The notes under the pieces are model-generated. The model ran no database searches and was not told where the DNA came from. It saw only the letters and a list, made by a program, of their open reading frames with translations. The position numbers and the translations under genes are program-made. 64,000 nt of DNA from Alphaproteobacteria bacterium (GTDB taxonomy: Bacteria > Pseudomonadota > Alphaproteobacteria > UBA828), in contig CAXXVO010000004.1 of the NCBI GenBank assembly GCA_963422645.2, positions 128,001 through 192,000 of the forward strand, written 5' to 3'. Below are positions 1-9,188 of the stretch, piece after piece (positions within the stretch are counted from its first letter, which is position 1; each line of letters begins with the position of its first letter).

Positions 1-323
1 AGGTGAATGCGGTCGAAGCCAGCGCCAATGTGGCGGAGCCGCCACGCACACGGCGCTTCGAGGTCGATCCCAGGCTCCGGCTCAGGCTGGAGCGTGAGCT
101 TCGGGAGAGCCCGGACTCGATCATGGGCGTCTATCACTCCCACCCCAACGGCCGGGCCGAACCTTCGGAGACGGATACCTCGATGATCTTCGAGCCCGCT
201 ATGATCTGGCTGATCACCGCCGTCGCGGACGGCCGGGCGGGCGCGACCATGGCCTACAAGCCGACCGAGGACGGCGCGGCCTTCCAGCCGCTCGGGCTCG
301 ACCTCGGCGGTGAAGACGCGTGA
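1..323 (+). CDS. M67/Mov34 (JAB) family metallopeptidase, 5' partial
   Basis: JAMM motif YHSHPNGRAEPSETD. Confidence 0.85.
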   Translation, partial: VNAVEASANVAEPPRTRRFEVDPRLRLRLERELRESPDSIMGVYHSHPNGRAEPSETDTSMIFEPAMIWLITAVADGRAGATMAYKPTEDGAAFQPLGLDLGGEDA

Positions 324-345
324 GCCGGTAGGAGGCAAGGAGCAG

Positions 346-1392
346 ATGGACTTTCGCAGCGACAACGTGGCCTCCGCCGCACCGGAGATCGTCGATGCCG
401 TGGCCGAAGCGGCGCGCGGCAGCGCCACGCCCTATGGCGGCGACCCCTGGACCGAGGGCCTGGAGCCTGCCTTCTCCGAGCTCTTCGAGACCCCGGTGCG
501 GGTCTTCCCGGTGGTGACAGGGACCGCGGCGAACTCCGTGGCGGTCGCGACGCTGACCCCGCCCTGGGGCGTGATCTATGCAGGCCGCGCCGCCCATGTA
601 GAGAATGACGAATGCGGCGCGCCCGAGTTCATGACCGGCGGCGCCAAGGTCACGGGTATCGAGGAGCGCTTCGGCAAGATCCAGCCCCAGGCGCTGGAGG
701 CCGCGCTCGCCGCCGCAGGCACCGGCGAAGTGCACTGGTCGCAGCCGGCCTGCCTCAGCCTCACCCAGCCGACCGAGATGGGCCAGATCTACACGCCGGA
801 CGAGCTTGCGGCGCTCACCGACATCGCGCGCCGACACGACCTCGCGGTCCATATGGACGGCGCCCGCTTCGCCAATGCCGTCGCCGCCAGCGGGGAGAGC
901 CCGGCCGCGCTCACCTGGCGGGCCGGCGTCGATGCGCTCTCCTTCGGCGCGACCAAGAACGGCGCACTCGCGGCCGAGGCCATCGTGCTCTTTGACGCCG
1001 CCAGCGCGGGCGAGCTCGCCTTTCGTCACAAGCGGGCGGGGCAGCTGCTCTCCAAGATGCGTTTCGTCTCGGCCCAGCTCGCGGCCTATATCCAGGACGG
1101 CCTCTGGCTCAGGCTGGCGGACCAGGCGAACAGCCAAGCGCAGCGGCTGGCCCAAGGCCTGGAGGCGGTGCCCGGCGCCTCGCTCGCGGCGCCGGCAGAG
1201 GCCAACGAGCTCTTCGTCACCCTGCCGCGGGCGGTGATCGACGGACTCGCCGAGGCCGGCGTCCTCTTCTACTCCTGGCCGGAGACCGATCCCGCGACCA
1301 CCACGATCCGCCTTGTCACCCGGCACGACACCGATCCGGCCGAGGTCGATCGGCTGGTCGAGACCGCGCGCAAGCTCGCCGCCGCTGCTTAG
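346..1392 (+). CDS. ltaE: Low-specificity L-threonine aldolase
   Basis: MDFRSDN start, HMDGARFANA, SFGATKNG (PLP lysine); RBS upstream of ATG 346. Confidence 0.9.
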   Translation: MDFRSDNVASAAPEIVDAVAEAARGSATPYGGDPWTEGLEPAFSELFETPVRVFPVVTGTAANSVAVATLTPPWGVIYAGRAAHVENDECGAPEFMTGGAKVTGIEERFGKIQPQALEAALAAAGTGEVHWSQPACLSLTQPTEMGQIYTPDELAALTDIARRHDLAVHMDGARFANAVAASGESPAALTWRAGVDALSFGATKNGALAAEAIVLFDAASAGELAFRHKRAGQLLSKMRFVSAQLAAYIQDGLWLRLADQANSQAQRLAQGLEAVPGASLAAPAEANELFVTLPRAVIDGLAEAGVLFYSWPETDPATTTIRLVTRHDTDPAEVDRLVETARKLAAAA

Positions 1393-1462
1393 CCTGACGG
1401 CGCCTGTCCGGCCCCAGGGGCCCGCTCCAGGTGAGCCAGCACCACTGAAGGAGTTGAGCCGA

Positions 1463-2596
1463 ATGTCCAATCGGGAACTCGTCGTCGGAACCCTGGGAGC
1501 AGGCTTCATCGGCTCGTTCCATTCCTATTCCTTCGCGATGCAGAAGCTCGTGAAGAACCGGCTCCCCGTCACCATACGACTGAAACAGATCGTCGACCTC
1601 GACGACGCCACCCGGAACGAGGTGCAGGACCGCTTCGGCTACGAGGAGACAGGCGACGACTGGCGGGCGCTGTTCGACGGTTCCGGAATCAACGTCTTCG
1701 TCAACGCGGCGCCGAACAACCTCCACTTGGAACCGACGGTGGAGGCGGCGCGTCGGGGTATCCCGGTGCTTTGCGAGAAGCCGCTCGCCCACGACGCCGA
1801 TGCGTCGCACGAGATTTGGCGCGAGGCCGAAGGGGCCGGGATCGTTCACCAGGCTGCATTCATCCACCGCTTCATCCCGGCCATCCGATACATGCGCGAG
1901 CTGATCCAGGGCGGCACGTTGGGAGAGCCGATACACTTCCGCTCCTGCTACCTGATGTCCGACTATCTAAGGCCGGACCTGCCCATGGCCTGGCGTCTCG
2001 ACAAGGGCGTTGCGGGCACCGGAACCTTCGGCGATCTCGGCTCACACCATATCGACACCGCGCGCTACCTCGTGGGCGAGATCGCCGAGGTGATGGCCAT
2101 CGCCAGGGTCAACGTGCCCGAGGTCGCAGGCCACCGGGTCGAGGTGGACGATGCGTTTGCCTCCATCGTCACCTTCGAGAACGGCATGGTCGGCACCATC
2201 CAGGCATCGCGAGTGGCGGCCGGTTACGGCCACCACGGCAGCATCGAGGTGGACTGCACCGGCGGCTCGCTCCGCTACCAGGTCGGCAAGCTGAACGAGC
2301 TGCAGATTGCGGAGGGCCGCGATCAGGGCTTTCGCACCATCCAGGTGATCAAGCCGGAGCACCCTCTGGCCGACTTCTGGTGGGATGGCGGCGTGCAGGG
2401 CAGCCATCCCATCGGCTGGGTCGAGTGTTTCGTGCATCAGGTCCACCACTTCATCGGCGCGGTGATCGGCCGGCACGAGGTATCCCCCCTTGCCGCAACC
2501 TTTCGGGATGGCTACCGCGTCGCGGAAGTCGTGGATCACATGATCGCGTCATGGGAGTCGGGGCAGCGCATTCCGGTGCGCTATCGGGACATCTAG
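1463..2596 (+). CDS. Gfo/Idh/MocA family oxidoreductase
   Basis: GAGFIG Rossmann motif, CEKPLA, DLGSHHID; AAGGAG RBS. Confidence 0.9.
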   Translation: MSNRELVVGTLGAGFIGSFHSYSFAMQKLVKNRLPVTIRLKQIVDLDDATRNEVQDRFGYEETGDDWRALFDGSGINVFVNAAPNNLHLEPTVEAARRGIPVLCEKPLAHDADASHEIWREAEGAGIVHQAAFIHRFIPAIRYMRELIQGGTLGEPIHFRSCYLMSDYLRPDLPMAWRLDKGVAGTGTFGDLGSHHIDTARYLVGEIAEVMAIARVNVPEVAGHRVEVDDAFASIVTFENGMVGTIQASRVAAGYGHHGSIEVDCTGGSLRYQVGKLNELQIAEGRDQGFRTIQVIKPEHPLADFWWDGGVQGSHPIGWVECFVHQVHHFIGAVIGRHEVSPLAATFRDGYRVAEVVDHMIASWESGQRIPVRYRDI

Positions 2597-3644
2597 AGCA
2601 TATCCGTTTTAGACGGAACCATATCCGACGTTTCGGATGTAGTTCTTGCATTCTGCGGGCTCGATGGTGGCGATGAGGTGGCCGAGGTGGCGCCAGGTGT
2701 CCTCGAAGTCGCGCCTCTGCGCGTTGCGCATCCAGTGTTTGATCTTGGCGAAGGCCTGCTCGATGGGGTTGAGGTCGGGTGAGTAGGGCGGCAGGAACCA
2801 GAGGCGGGCTCCGGTGCTGCGGATCGCCTGTCTGACCGCCTTGGCCTTGTGGCTGGCGAGATTGTCGAGGATGACGATGTCGCCGGGCTTGAGGGTGGGG
2901 ACGAGCTGCTGCTCGACCCAGGCCAGGAAGCAGCGGGTGTTGATGGGGCCGTCGAAGACGCAAGGGGCGCTGATCCTGTCTGCGCGCAGGGCGGCGAGGA
3001 AGGTCATGGTGCGCCAGTGGCCATGAGGCGCGTAGCCTTTGAGGCGCTGGCCCTTCTTCGCCCAGCCCCTGAGCGGTGCCATGTTGGTCTTGATCCAGGT
3101 CTCGTCCACGAAGATCAGGCGGTCCGGGTCGAGGTGGCGCTTGAGCGCCTGCCAGCGCGTCCGCTTGCGGGCGACTGCGGACCGCGCCTGCTCAGTCGCG
3201 AACAGAGTTTTTTTTGAAGCTCAGACCCTCGCGCCTGAGGAAGCGCCAGATCGTGTCCCGGCTCACCGCGATCCCCGCAGCGGCCAGCAGGTCCCGAAGA
3301 CGGTCGATCGACAGATGCGGCGTCTCAGCGACCAGTCTGTGAACCAGCTCCCGATGCGGTTCCAGGAGCCAGGGGCGGTAACCGCCGATCCTGCCCGGCG
3401 CCACACTCCCCGTCGACCGGTAGCGCGCAACCCACTTCGGCACCGAGGAGACGCTGACACCGAAGCGCGCCGCCACCTGGCGGATCGGCTCGCCCGCCAA
3501 ATGGGCCCGCACCACGCGCTCACGAAGATCACTCGAATAGGGCTGTGTCATCCATGCTGGCCTCCTTCACCAGTAGCCAGCTTGAATCACATTTCCTAAC
3601 TAATGGGAATTCCTAATGATTCTCTCAATCACGGATATGCTCTA
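2594..3644 (-). mobile_element. IS630 family element
   Basis: Terminal IR TAGAGCATATCCGT / ACGGATATGCTCTA, both ends in a CTAG context (TA target); two-ORF transposase. Confidence 0.93.
2609..3551 (-). CDS. IS630 transposase (orfA 3192-3551 plus orfB joined by frameshift)
   Basis: HTH orf[11 protein letters not shown]; orf[23 protein letters not shown]; A8 slippery run at 3208-3215 (FKK). Confidence 0.9.
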
Positions 3645-3860
3645 GTTCTCGGCGAAGCGTGTCGACCCGGTCGATCAGCTCCTTGTATGTGCCGCGCGGC
3701 CGGTTGGTCGTCGAAGTCACCAGCTCGCCGAGCTGGTTCTCGATGGCCTTCGGCAGCGCGCGCCCCCGGCGGCCTCCCAGAACAGTGCCGACCTCCGATT
3801 CCAGAGCGCTGTGAAGGCTTGAGCGGGCGCTATCCGGAAGGGCGAGCGCGCTTGAAGTCG
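3645..3860 (-). pseudogene. Internal fragment of a probable YhaN/Rad50-like AAA ATPase, cut at the IS630 end
   Basis: SLHSALESEVGTVLGGRRGRALPKAIENQLGELVT..RPRGTYKELI resembles this family; frame runs into the IS end. Confidence 0.45.
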
Positions 3861-4060
3861 CCCTTAGCAACCGCGCACATTCTGCCACTGCACGGGGCTT
3901 CCCCGTTGAATGACGCGCGATCGAGCCCCGAGAATGGACCCGGCCATTTCGTCGCCGCGAGGCGATGGCCCGGCGCCTCAGTGGAACGTCATCTCAGCGA
4001 GCAGCGCGAGCGCCAACCTATTTTCGACGGAATCTCGGTTCTTCATCCGTGTAAGGGAGT

Positions 4061-4525
4061 ATGAAGAACAGGAGAAAGCGAATGAAGCACATCCATGTAC
4101 TGACGTTGAGCGCGATATGCACTGCGCTTCTCGTGACCGCCGCGCCGGGTTTTGCGGATGACGGCCAAGAAAAGGGTCCGCGCGAACGCGGCAAGAGCCG
4201 GACGGTGGTCTTGCTCGATACCGATGGCGACGGCAAGGTGATCGCCGCCGAGATTGCCGCAGAGCAAGAGCGTCTGCTGGCTGCGGCGGACGTCAACGCG
4301 GACGGCAAGTTGTCGGTGGAGGAATTTCGCCGGCGCGGGCGCTGGTTCCGAGAATTGGGCGCGACCACGCTGTTCGACCTGATGGATGCCGATGGCGATC
4401 AAAGTCTGTCGCTGGCAGAAATCCAGGCACCATCGCAGCGGTGGTTGACGCGATACGACACAAACGGCGATGACGCGATCGAACAGAGCGAGCTCCCGCG
4501 CAGGAAGGGACGCCGGCGCCATTAG
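4061..4525 (+). CDS. Exported EF-hand calcium-binding protein
   Basis: Signal peptide; four DxDxDG-like loops (DTDGDGKV, DVNADGKL, DADGDQSL, DTNGDDAI). Confidence 0.85.
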   Translation: MKNRRKRMKHIHVLTLSAICTALLVTAAPGFADDGQEKGPRERGKSRTVVLLDTDGDGKVIAAEIAAEQERLLAAADVNADGKLSVEEFRRRGRWFRELGATTLFDLMDADGDQSLSLAEIQAPSQRWLTRYDTNGDDAIEQSELPRRKGRRRH

Positions 4526-4589
4526 CACACGCAGCAGCCGCGCGGGCCGGTCCCTCCATGCGAGAGATGGGGGCCGGCCCGGACTTTCG

Positions 4590-5162
4590 GTGGCGGGCGG
4601 AGGTTTGTCGCAGGCCGGTGACGACACGCTGATCGCGCTCGCGGCGAGCGGCAATCAGGCGGCATGGGCCGCCATCGTGGAGCGGCATCTGTCATCGCTC
4701 GTCGGCTACTCCTGGTACGTGCTGCAAGAGTCGGGCGAGGCTGAGGATGTCGCTCAGGAAGCCTTTGTTCGCTTGCTGGGCAAGGCACCGGATTGGCGTC
4801 CCGGCGAGGCGAGCCTTTCAACGTGGCTCCACCGGGTGGTGACCAATCTCTGCATCGACCGCAAACGATCATTGCGACGCTTTATCAACGATGCGTGCGC
4901 AAGGTTGGAGACTGTCCCGGAACGAGGTTCGCTTGAAGCAGATGTAAGCCGCGCAAAGTCGGTGGAACGCGCCCTCGCCAAACTGAAGCCCCGTCAGCGG
5001 GCCGCGATCGTGCTCGCGCACTACCAGGGCTTCAGCAATCCGGAAATCGCCCAAATCATGGGCAGCAGCGTAGAAGCGGTCGAATCGCTGCTCGCCCGGG
5101 CTCGGCGCTCGCTGCGCGAGACCCTCGGCCCCGTTGTTGCCGAACTCCTGGAGTCGTCATGA
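4590..5162 (+). CDS. ECF sigma-70 factor (start uncertain)
   Basis: AEDVAQEAF, WLHRVVTNLCID, region 4 EIAQIMG..VESLLARARR. Confidence 0.88.
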   Translation: MAGGGLSQAGDDTLIALAASGNQAAWAAIVERHLSSLVGYSWYVLQESGEAEDVAQEAFVRLLGKAPDWRPGEASLSTWLHRVVTNLCIDRKRSLRRFINDACARLETVPERGSLEADVSRAKSVERALAKLKPRQRAAIVLAHYQGFSNPEIAQIMGSSVEAVESLLARARRSLRETLGPVVAELLESS

Positions 5163-5758
5163 CCAAGCCAACTGCAGATGACGGTTCTCGACCGGCCACG
5201 CTTGATCGGCTGGCCGAAGTGCTCGACCGCTACGGCGCCAGCCAAACGCACTGGCCGGCGCAGGACCGCCACGCACTGGAGCCATTGATATTGCGCTCAG
5301 CGCGCGCGCAGGCTCTGGTGCGTGCGGCCGAGACATTGGAAGAGGCACTCGACGCGGTTCGACCGCCCGAGCCCTCCGACGCGCTCATCGGGAGGGTTCT
5401 CGGCACGCACGCACCGCGGGGAGCCGCGAAGCACCGACCGGCTCGTCGGCTGGCGAACTGGATCCTTCAGCTCGGCCCGGCACCCGCTGCCGCTGCATCC
5501 GCACTGGCTGCTGCCGCGGTTACTATTGTTGCGATGTCCTATCTTCAATCCGATGCCGCGCCACCGTCACGACTGGTTCTCGAACCCGAAGCTGCCGTGG
5601 TCGAAATCGACCTCGTGGGCGAGGTCGAACAATCGGTATCGGATGTGGAATCGGACGCGGGAGATGTCGAAGAAATCCAGATCGAATTGACCGAGGTCTT
5701 CATGGTAGCGCTGGAGGTTGAAGGAAGCGACGAGTTGAGCCAGCTGTCTCTCGAGTGA
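5159..5758 (+). CDS. Putative anti-sigma factor
   Basis: ATGA overlap with sigma gene; LDRYGA..WP motif, single TM, very acidic C-terminus. Confidence 0.7.
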   Translation: MTKPTADDGSRPATLDRLAEVLDRYGASQTHWPAQDRHALEPLILRSARAQALVRAAETLEEALDAVRPPEPSDALIGRVLGTHAPRGAAKHRPARRLANWILQLGPAPAAAASALAAAAVTIVAMSYLQSDAAPPSRLVLEPEAAVVEIDLVGEVEQSVSDVESDAGDVEEIQIELTEVFMVALEVEGSDELSQLSLE

Positions 5759-5910
5759 GTGGAAAGACCGCTCGCTACGGCGGCGCCAGCACAGCCAGTA
5801 TCTATCGCCACCGGCAGCAACGAAGGGCTCGGTTTCGAAACCTGCCGACAGCTTTGTCAAGCCGGATGTACGGTCATGCTCACCGCACGCGACACCGAGC
5901 GCGGTCACCG
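5759..5910 (+). pseudogene. SDR (carbonyl reductase-like) N-terminal remnant
   Basis: ATGSNEGLGFETCRQL..VMLTARD, a degenerate TGxxxGxG; truncated. Confidence 0.7.
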
Positions 5911-5984
5911 TCGCCGAGTAGTCCGAAAGCCGTTGGCGCACCGGGAGTCAGATCATCCGAGCGAGCACTGTCGCGATACCGAGA

Positions 5985-6200
5985 AAACTGAATAAAGCCG
6001 GCCACGTCCGTTACGGTGGTAAGAATGATCGAAGACGATTGAGCGGGATCCTGACGAAGCATCGTCAGCACGATCGGGATCGCCGATCCGGCAATGCCGG
6101 CGACGATCATCGAGAGAACCCGCGAGATCGCGATGGTCAGGGCGAGGCCGTAGGAATCGCTCCACACCAGGACACAGACGGCAGTCGTCAGCGCCTGTCC
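5985..6200 (-). pseudogene. mgtE: MgtE magnesium transporter C-terminal remnant
   Basis: GSAIPIVLTMLRQDPAQSSSIILTTVTDVAGF (MgtE TM signature DPA..S...TT..D..G). Confidence 0.8.
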
Positions 6201-6824
6201 ACGACCAGCACCAGCCGCGCATTTCTGCTGGACTACCCGGTATCGAGCGCTGGCGGTGTTGACGGATCCCGTGCGCGGGTCCCTCGCGTCCGAGCCGAAT
6301 GCGGAGGCGAGCGCCGACAACGGCATTCCGCCCGCACCTGTGGTGGCGGCGGAACTGGGCGATTTCGGGCCGGCCGTCGCGGCGCCCAAGGGTGGGACGC
6401 CAAGCTCCAGAGCCAGATTCGTGCTGCGTGAGTCACCGCAAACACCAAAATGCACATCCTCCACGGCGGGTACCCAGACCCCGCCGAAGAACCTTTTCAA
6501 ATGGTGGGGAGTCCCCCCCGTTCGAACAAACCAGAAATGTGCTATCTCCATGACTACGACGTGCAAACTTGGCCTTGCAATATACCTATCAACTCACCAT
6601 ATACTTAGTTATGGATAATTGGTTCCGATGATATTGAAAATGCATTTTCATGTCTTTGGGTAACTGCCCAGGTACCCCCTCTCTCTTATGGAACAAGCCA
6701 GTTCCTTTTGCGTCAACGCCCCCACGCCGCGGGGGTGCCTACTCTCTTGAGCGCGAGAGGATGATGAACGCCGCGTCGCGAACAAGATGAGAGGACAGCG
6801 ATACTCAGGATGAGCCGGAGAAGT

Positions 6825-8366
6825 TCAGGAGCGCAGTATAGGGATCAGCTGCATCGGTTCCGGGTGCGCCAGGATTTGCAGGATGTTCCAGCCTTGCTTT
6901 CGAGCGGTGACGATGACGCTGCGCATTCCGGCGAAGTTGCAGGCGCCTTGCAGGGAGCGGAAGCCGCCTGAGATCTTCTCATGCACTTTGTTCATACGGA
7001 TGTCACGCTCCGCCTCGTTATTCGTGAACGGCGTGCGCAGGTCGGTGAGGAAGCGCAGGCAGCCCTCCTTATGCTTTTGAAGGCGGCGCGCGAGGTTGTG
7101 GCCGATGCGGCGTTTCTTTCGCCCTCGCTTTGCGATCTGGAGCGGCGGTTGGGCCTCATGGAAGGCGATGGCTTCTTCGAGGATACGGTCCCATGCCCTT
7201 GAGATGCGGGCCACCAGGGAGGCGGGGACTTGACGGTCTTTCTCACGGGCGAAGCGGGCGGCCCTGCGCGCGCGCTGAAGCAGGCGGTGCATGCTCGCCG
7301 CCCATTCCTCCTTCTCGATGTCGATCAGGGCCTGGAGTTCGCGCAGGTGATGTGCGTTGCAGGCGCCGTGGCGGACGCCCTTGATGGTGAAGTAGGGGGC
7401 GAAGTCGTCGTGGACGAGGATGCCTTTCAGGTTCTTTTCGACACCGCGCGCGCTCACCTCGCCGATGCGCAGGACGGTGAGCAACGGGGTGCACAGCACA
7501 TGGAGCCAGCGGGTACGGGCGGCGATACGCAGGCCGGTCTCGTCGAGGTGCTTGACCGGCGCCTGCGTGCGGATCAGATCGGCGACATGGTCGAGGAAGC
7601 CCTCGAAGCGCTGCGCTGTGCGCCGGCCCATGGCGGCGATCGTGGCAGTGGAGATGGACACCGCGAAGATGTCGCTCATGAGTTCGGCCAGACGCTTCTC
7701 GGGCACGAACTGGGCGTACAGCAGGTAACTCACCCAAGCGGTGATGCGAGGGCCGTACTGGACCGGGGCGGTGACGCCCGGCGGGAAGGCGGCTCGTGTC
7801 AGCGTGCCGCATGCGCCGCAGAGGCAGCGATGGGCGCGGTGTTCGGTGACCTCGAGAGGCTGCGGCTCGGGTACGTCGAAGACCTGCCGACAGGCGGGCG
7901 CGCCTTGCCGGTCGGCGTCCGAGAGCTCGACGCCACAGCCGGAACAGGTGGAGGGGTGGTGATCGACGACACGGTCCGGGCTGTCGCTCCGCGCGAGGGT
8001 GGTTCCCTTGTGGCCGGGCTGGCCGCCACTGGGCCCGCCGGACTTTCCGCGCTGGCTTTGGGTGCGCCTCTGGGCTCCGCTTTTCTTCTTGAGCCCGTCG
8101 CTGGCGGGGGGCTTGCTGCTTGTGGTGCTGTTGAGGGCCGCGCTGCGCTCGAGTTCGGCGATGCGCTCGCGCAGGGCCGCGTTCTCCTGCTCGAGTGCGG
8201 CATTTTCCCGGGCGAGCGCGGTGGCTGATCGCAGCAGCCCCTGCCCCCATTCCCGGACGGCAACGACGACAGTGGTTGCGAGGGATGATGGCTCGAGAAG
8301 CTCCTTCAGGCAGCAGAAGGCCTCGTTACGGGCGGCGAGGTCTTCGTGCCAGTGCGACACCGTCAC
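6825..8366 (-). CDS. IS66 family transposase (single-ORF, ISBst12-like), element A
   Basis: Leucine zipper, SSKPPASD, GGQPGHKG, CxxC zinc finger, HLDETG, HDDF, CNAHHLREL, TNNEAERDIR; GTG overlaps the MTase TGA. Confidence 0.92.
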   Translation of the reverse strand: MTVSHWHEDLAARNEAFCCLKELLEPSSLATTVVVAVREWGQGLLRSATALARENAALEQENAALRERIAELERSAALNSTTSSKPPASDGLKKKSGAQRRTQSQRGKSGGPSGGQPGHKGTTLARSDSPDRVVDHHPSTCSGCGVELSDADRQGAPACRQVFDVPEPQPLEVTEHRAHRCLCGACGTLTRAAFPPGVTAPVQYGPRITAWVSYLLYAQFVPEKRLAELMSDIFAVSISTATIAAMGRRTAQRFEGFLDHVADLIRTQAPVKHLDETGLRIAARTRWLHVLCTPLLTVLRIGEVSARGVEKNLKGILVHDDFAPYFTIKGVRHGACNAHHLRELQALIDIEKEEWAASMHRLLQRARRAARFAREKDRQVPASLVARISRAWDRILEEAIAFHEAQPPLQIAKRGRKKRRIGHNLARRLQKHKEGCLRFLTDLRTPFTNNEAERDIRMNKVHEKISGGFRSLQGACNFAGMRSVIVTARKQGWNILQILAHPEPMQLIPILRS

Positions 8367-9028
8367 GTGTCTTCGGCCTCGACGGCCATCATGGCGGCGA
8401 GCACGGCGAGGCGTTCGCCCGGCGGCAAGGCCTGGTAGCGCCGGCCCCAGTTGGCTGCCTTGCGCTTGATGCGCTGGCGGTCGGTGAAGTTCCGGCCTGC
8501 GTGGCTGGCCCAATGCATCCGGTCGGGGGCGTAGTTGAACCAGACGACCTCGGTTCGCACCAGACCCTGGGTCGTGACCTGCAGCGCCAGCCGGCGCCAT
8601 CCCGCCAGCACCTCGTCATAGAGCGCCGACGGATGGCCCGAGATCATGACCTGGCAGGGCAGAGCCTTGAGCAGCGCGAGAAGCGCGACGTGGCCGGCCT
8701 CCTCGTACTCGAAGCGGTAGCGCTGCGCCGAGCGGCGGGTCGCGTGCAGATAGGGCGGATCGCTGTAAACCAGCTCCGGGCCCAGGAACGGGAACGAGGC
8801 CAGGAAGTCATGGGCACAGCCGTGAACCAGATCGACCGGGTAGTCGCAGACGAAGGCCTCGAGCGCCTGCGCATCGCGGTCGATGCCGATCGAACGCACG
8901 GCCGGCGGCTTGCGCTTCGTCAGCGCCCCGCCCCCAAGGTGGCTCTCGATGTAGACGGAGTGCGGCGGCATCAGCGCAATCAGCGCTTGGCACAGACCTG
9001 CTGTCGCCTTCGAGCCGAAATACCCCAT
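8363..9028 (-). CDS. DNA adenine methyltransferase (D12/Dam-like, 221 aa)
   Basis: YFGSK, YIESHLGGGAL (SAM-binding motif I variant), IGIDRD, YSDPPY (motif IV), MISG, RTEVVWFNY. Confidence 0.88.
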   Translation of the reverse strand: MGYFGSKATAGLCQALIALMPPHSVYIESHLGGGALTKRKPPAVRSIGIDRDAQALEAFVCDYPVDLVHGCAHDFLASFPFLGPELVYSDPPYLHATRRSAQRYRFEYEEAGHVALLALLKALPCQVMISGHPSALYDEVLAGWRRLALQVTTQGLVRTEVVWFNYAPDRMHWASHAGRNFTDRQRIKRKAANWGRRYQALPPGERLAVLAAMMAVEAEDT

Positions 9029-9188
9029 GGACCGCTCCCGTCACGCGAGAGAGCAGTCCATAGTCCCGCAACTCTATGAGGTCAAGAACCAATCGCGGTG
9101 GCAGAACCAGGCCGCGGCCGCCGCCATAATCACCGTCCTCAACTCAGGATTGGGGTACCTGGGTAGTTACGTCTTTGGTGAGATTTTC

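Larger units (their letters stand above)
6660..9170 (-). mobile_element. IS66-type element A (2511 bp) carrying a DNA adenine methyltransferase
   Basis: 19-bp IR GTAACT(G/A)CCCAGGTACCCC; 8-bp TSD GTCTTTGG at 6652-6659 and 9171-9178. Confidence 0.95.

Noticed and set aside
5880-6566. 228-aa minus-strand ORF as a real gene
   Set aside because: Chimeric: only the central mgtE fragment is recognisable.
8367-8600. N-terminal extension of the A transposase ORF overlapping the MTase
   Set aside because: Low-complexity read-through; the GTG overlapping the MTase stop is the more plausible start.
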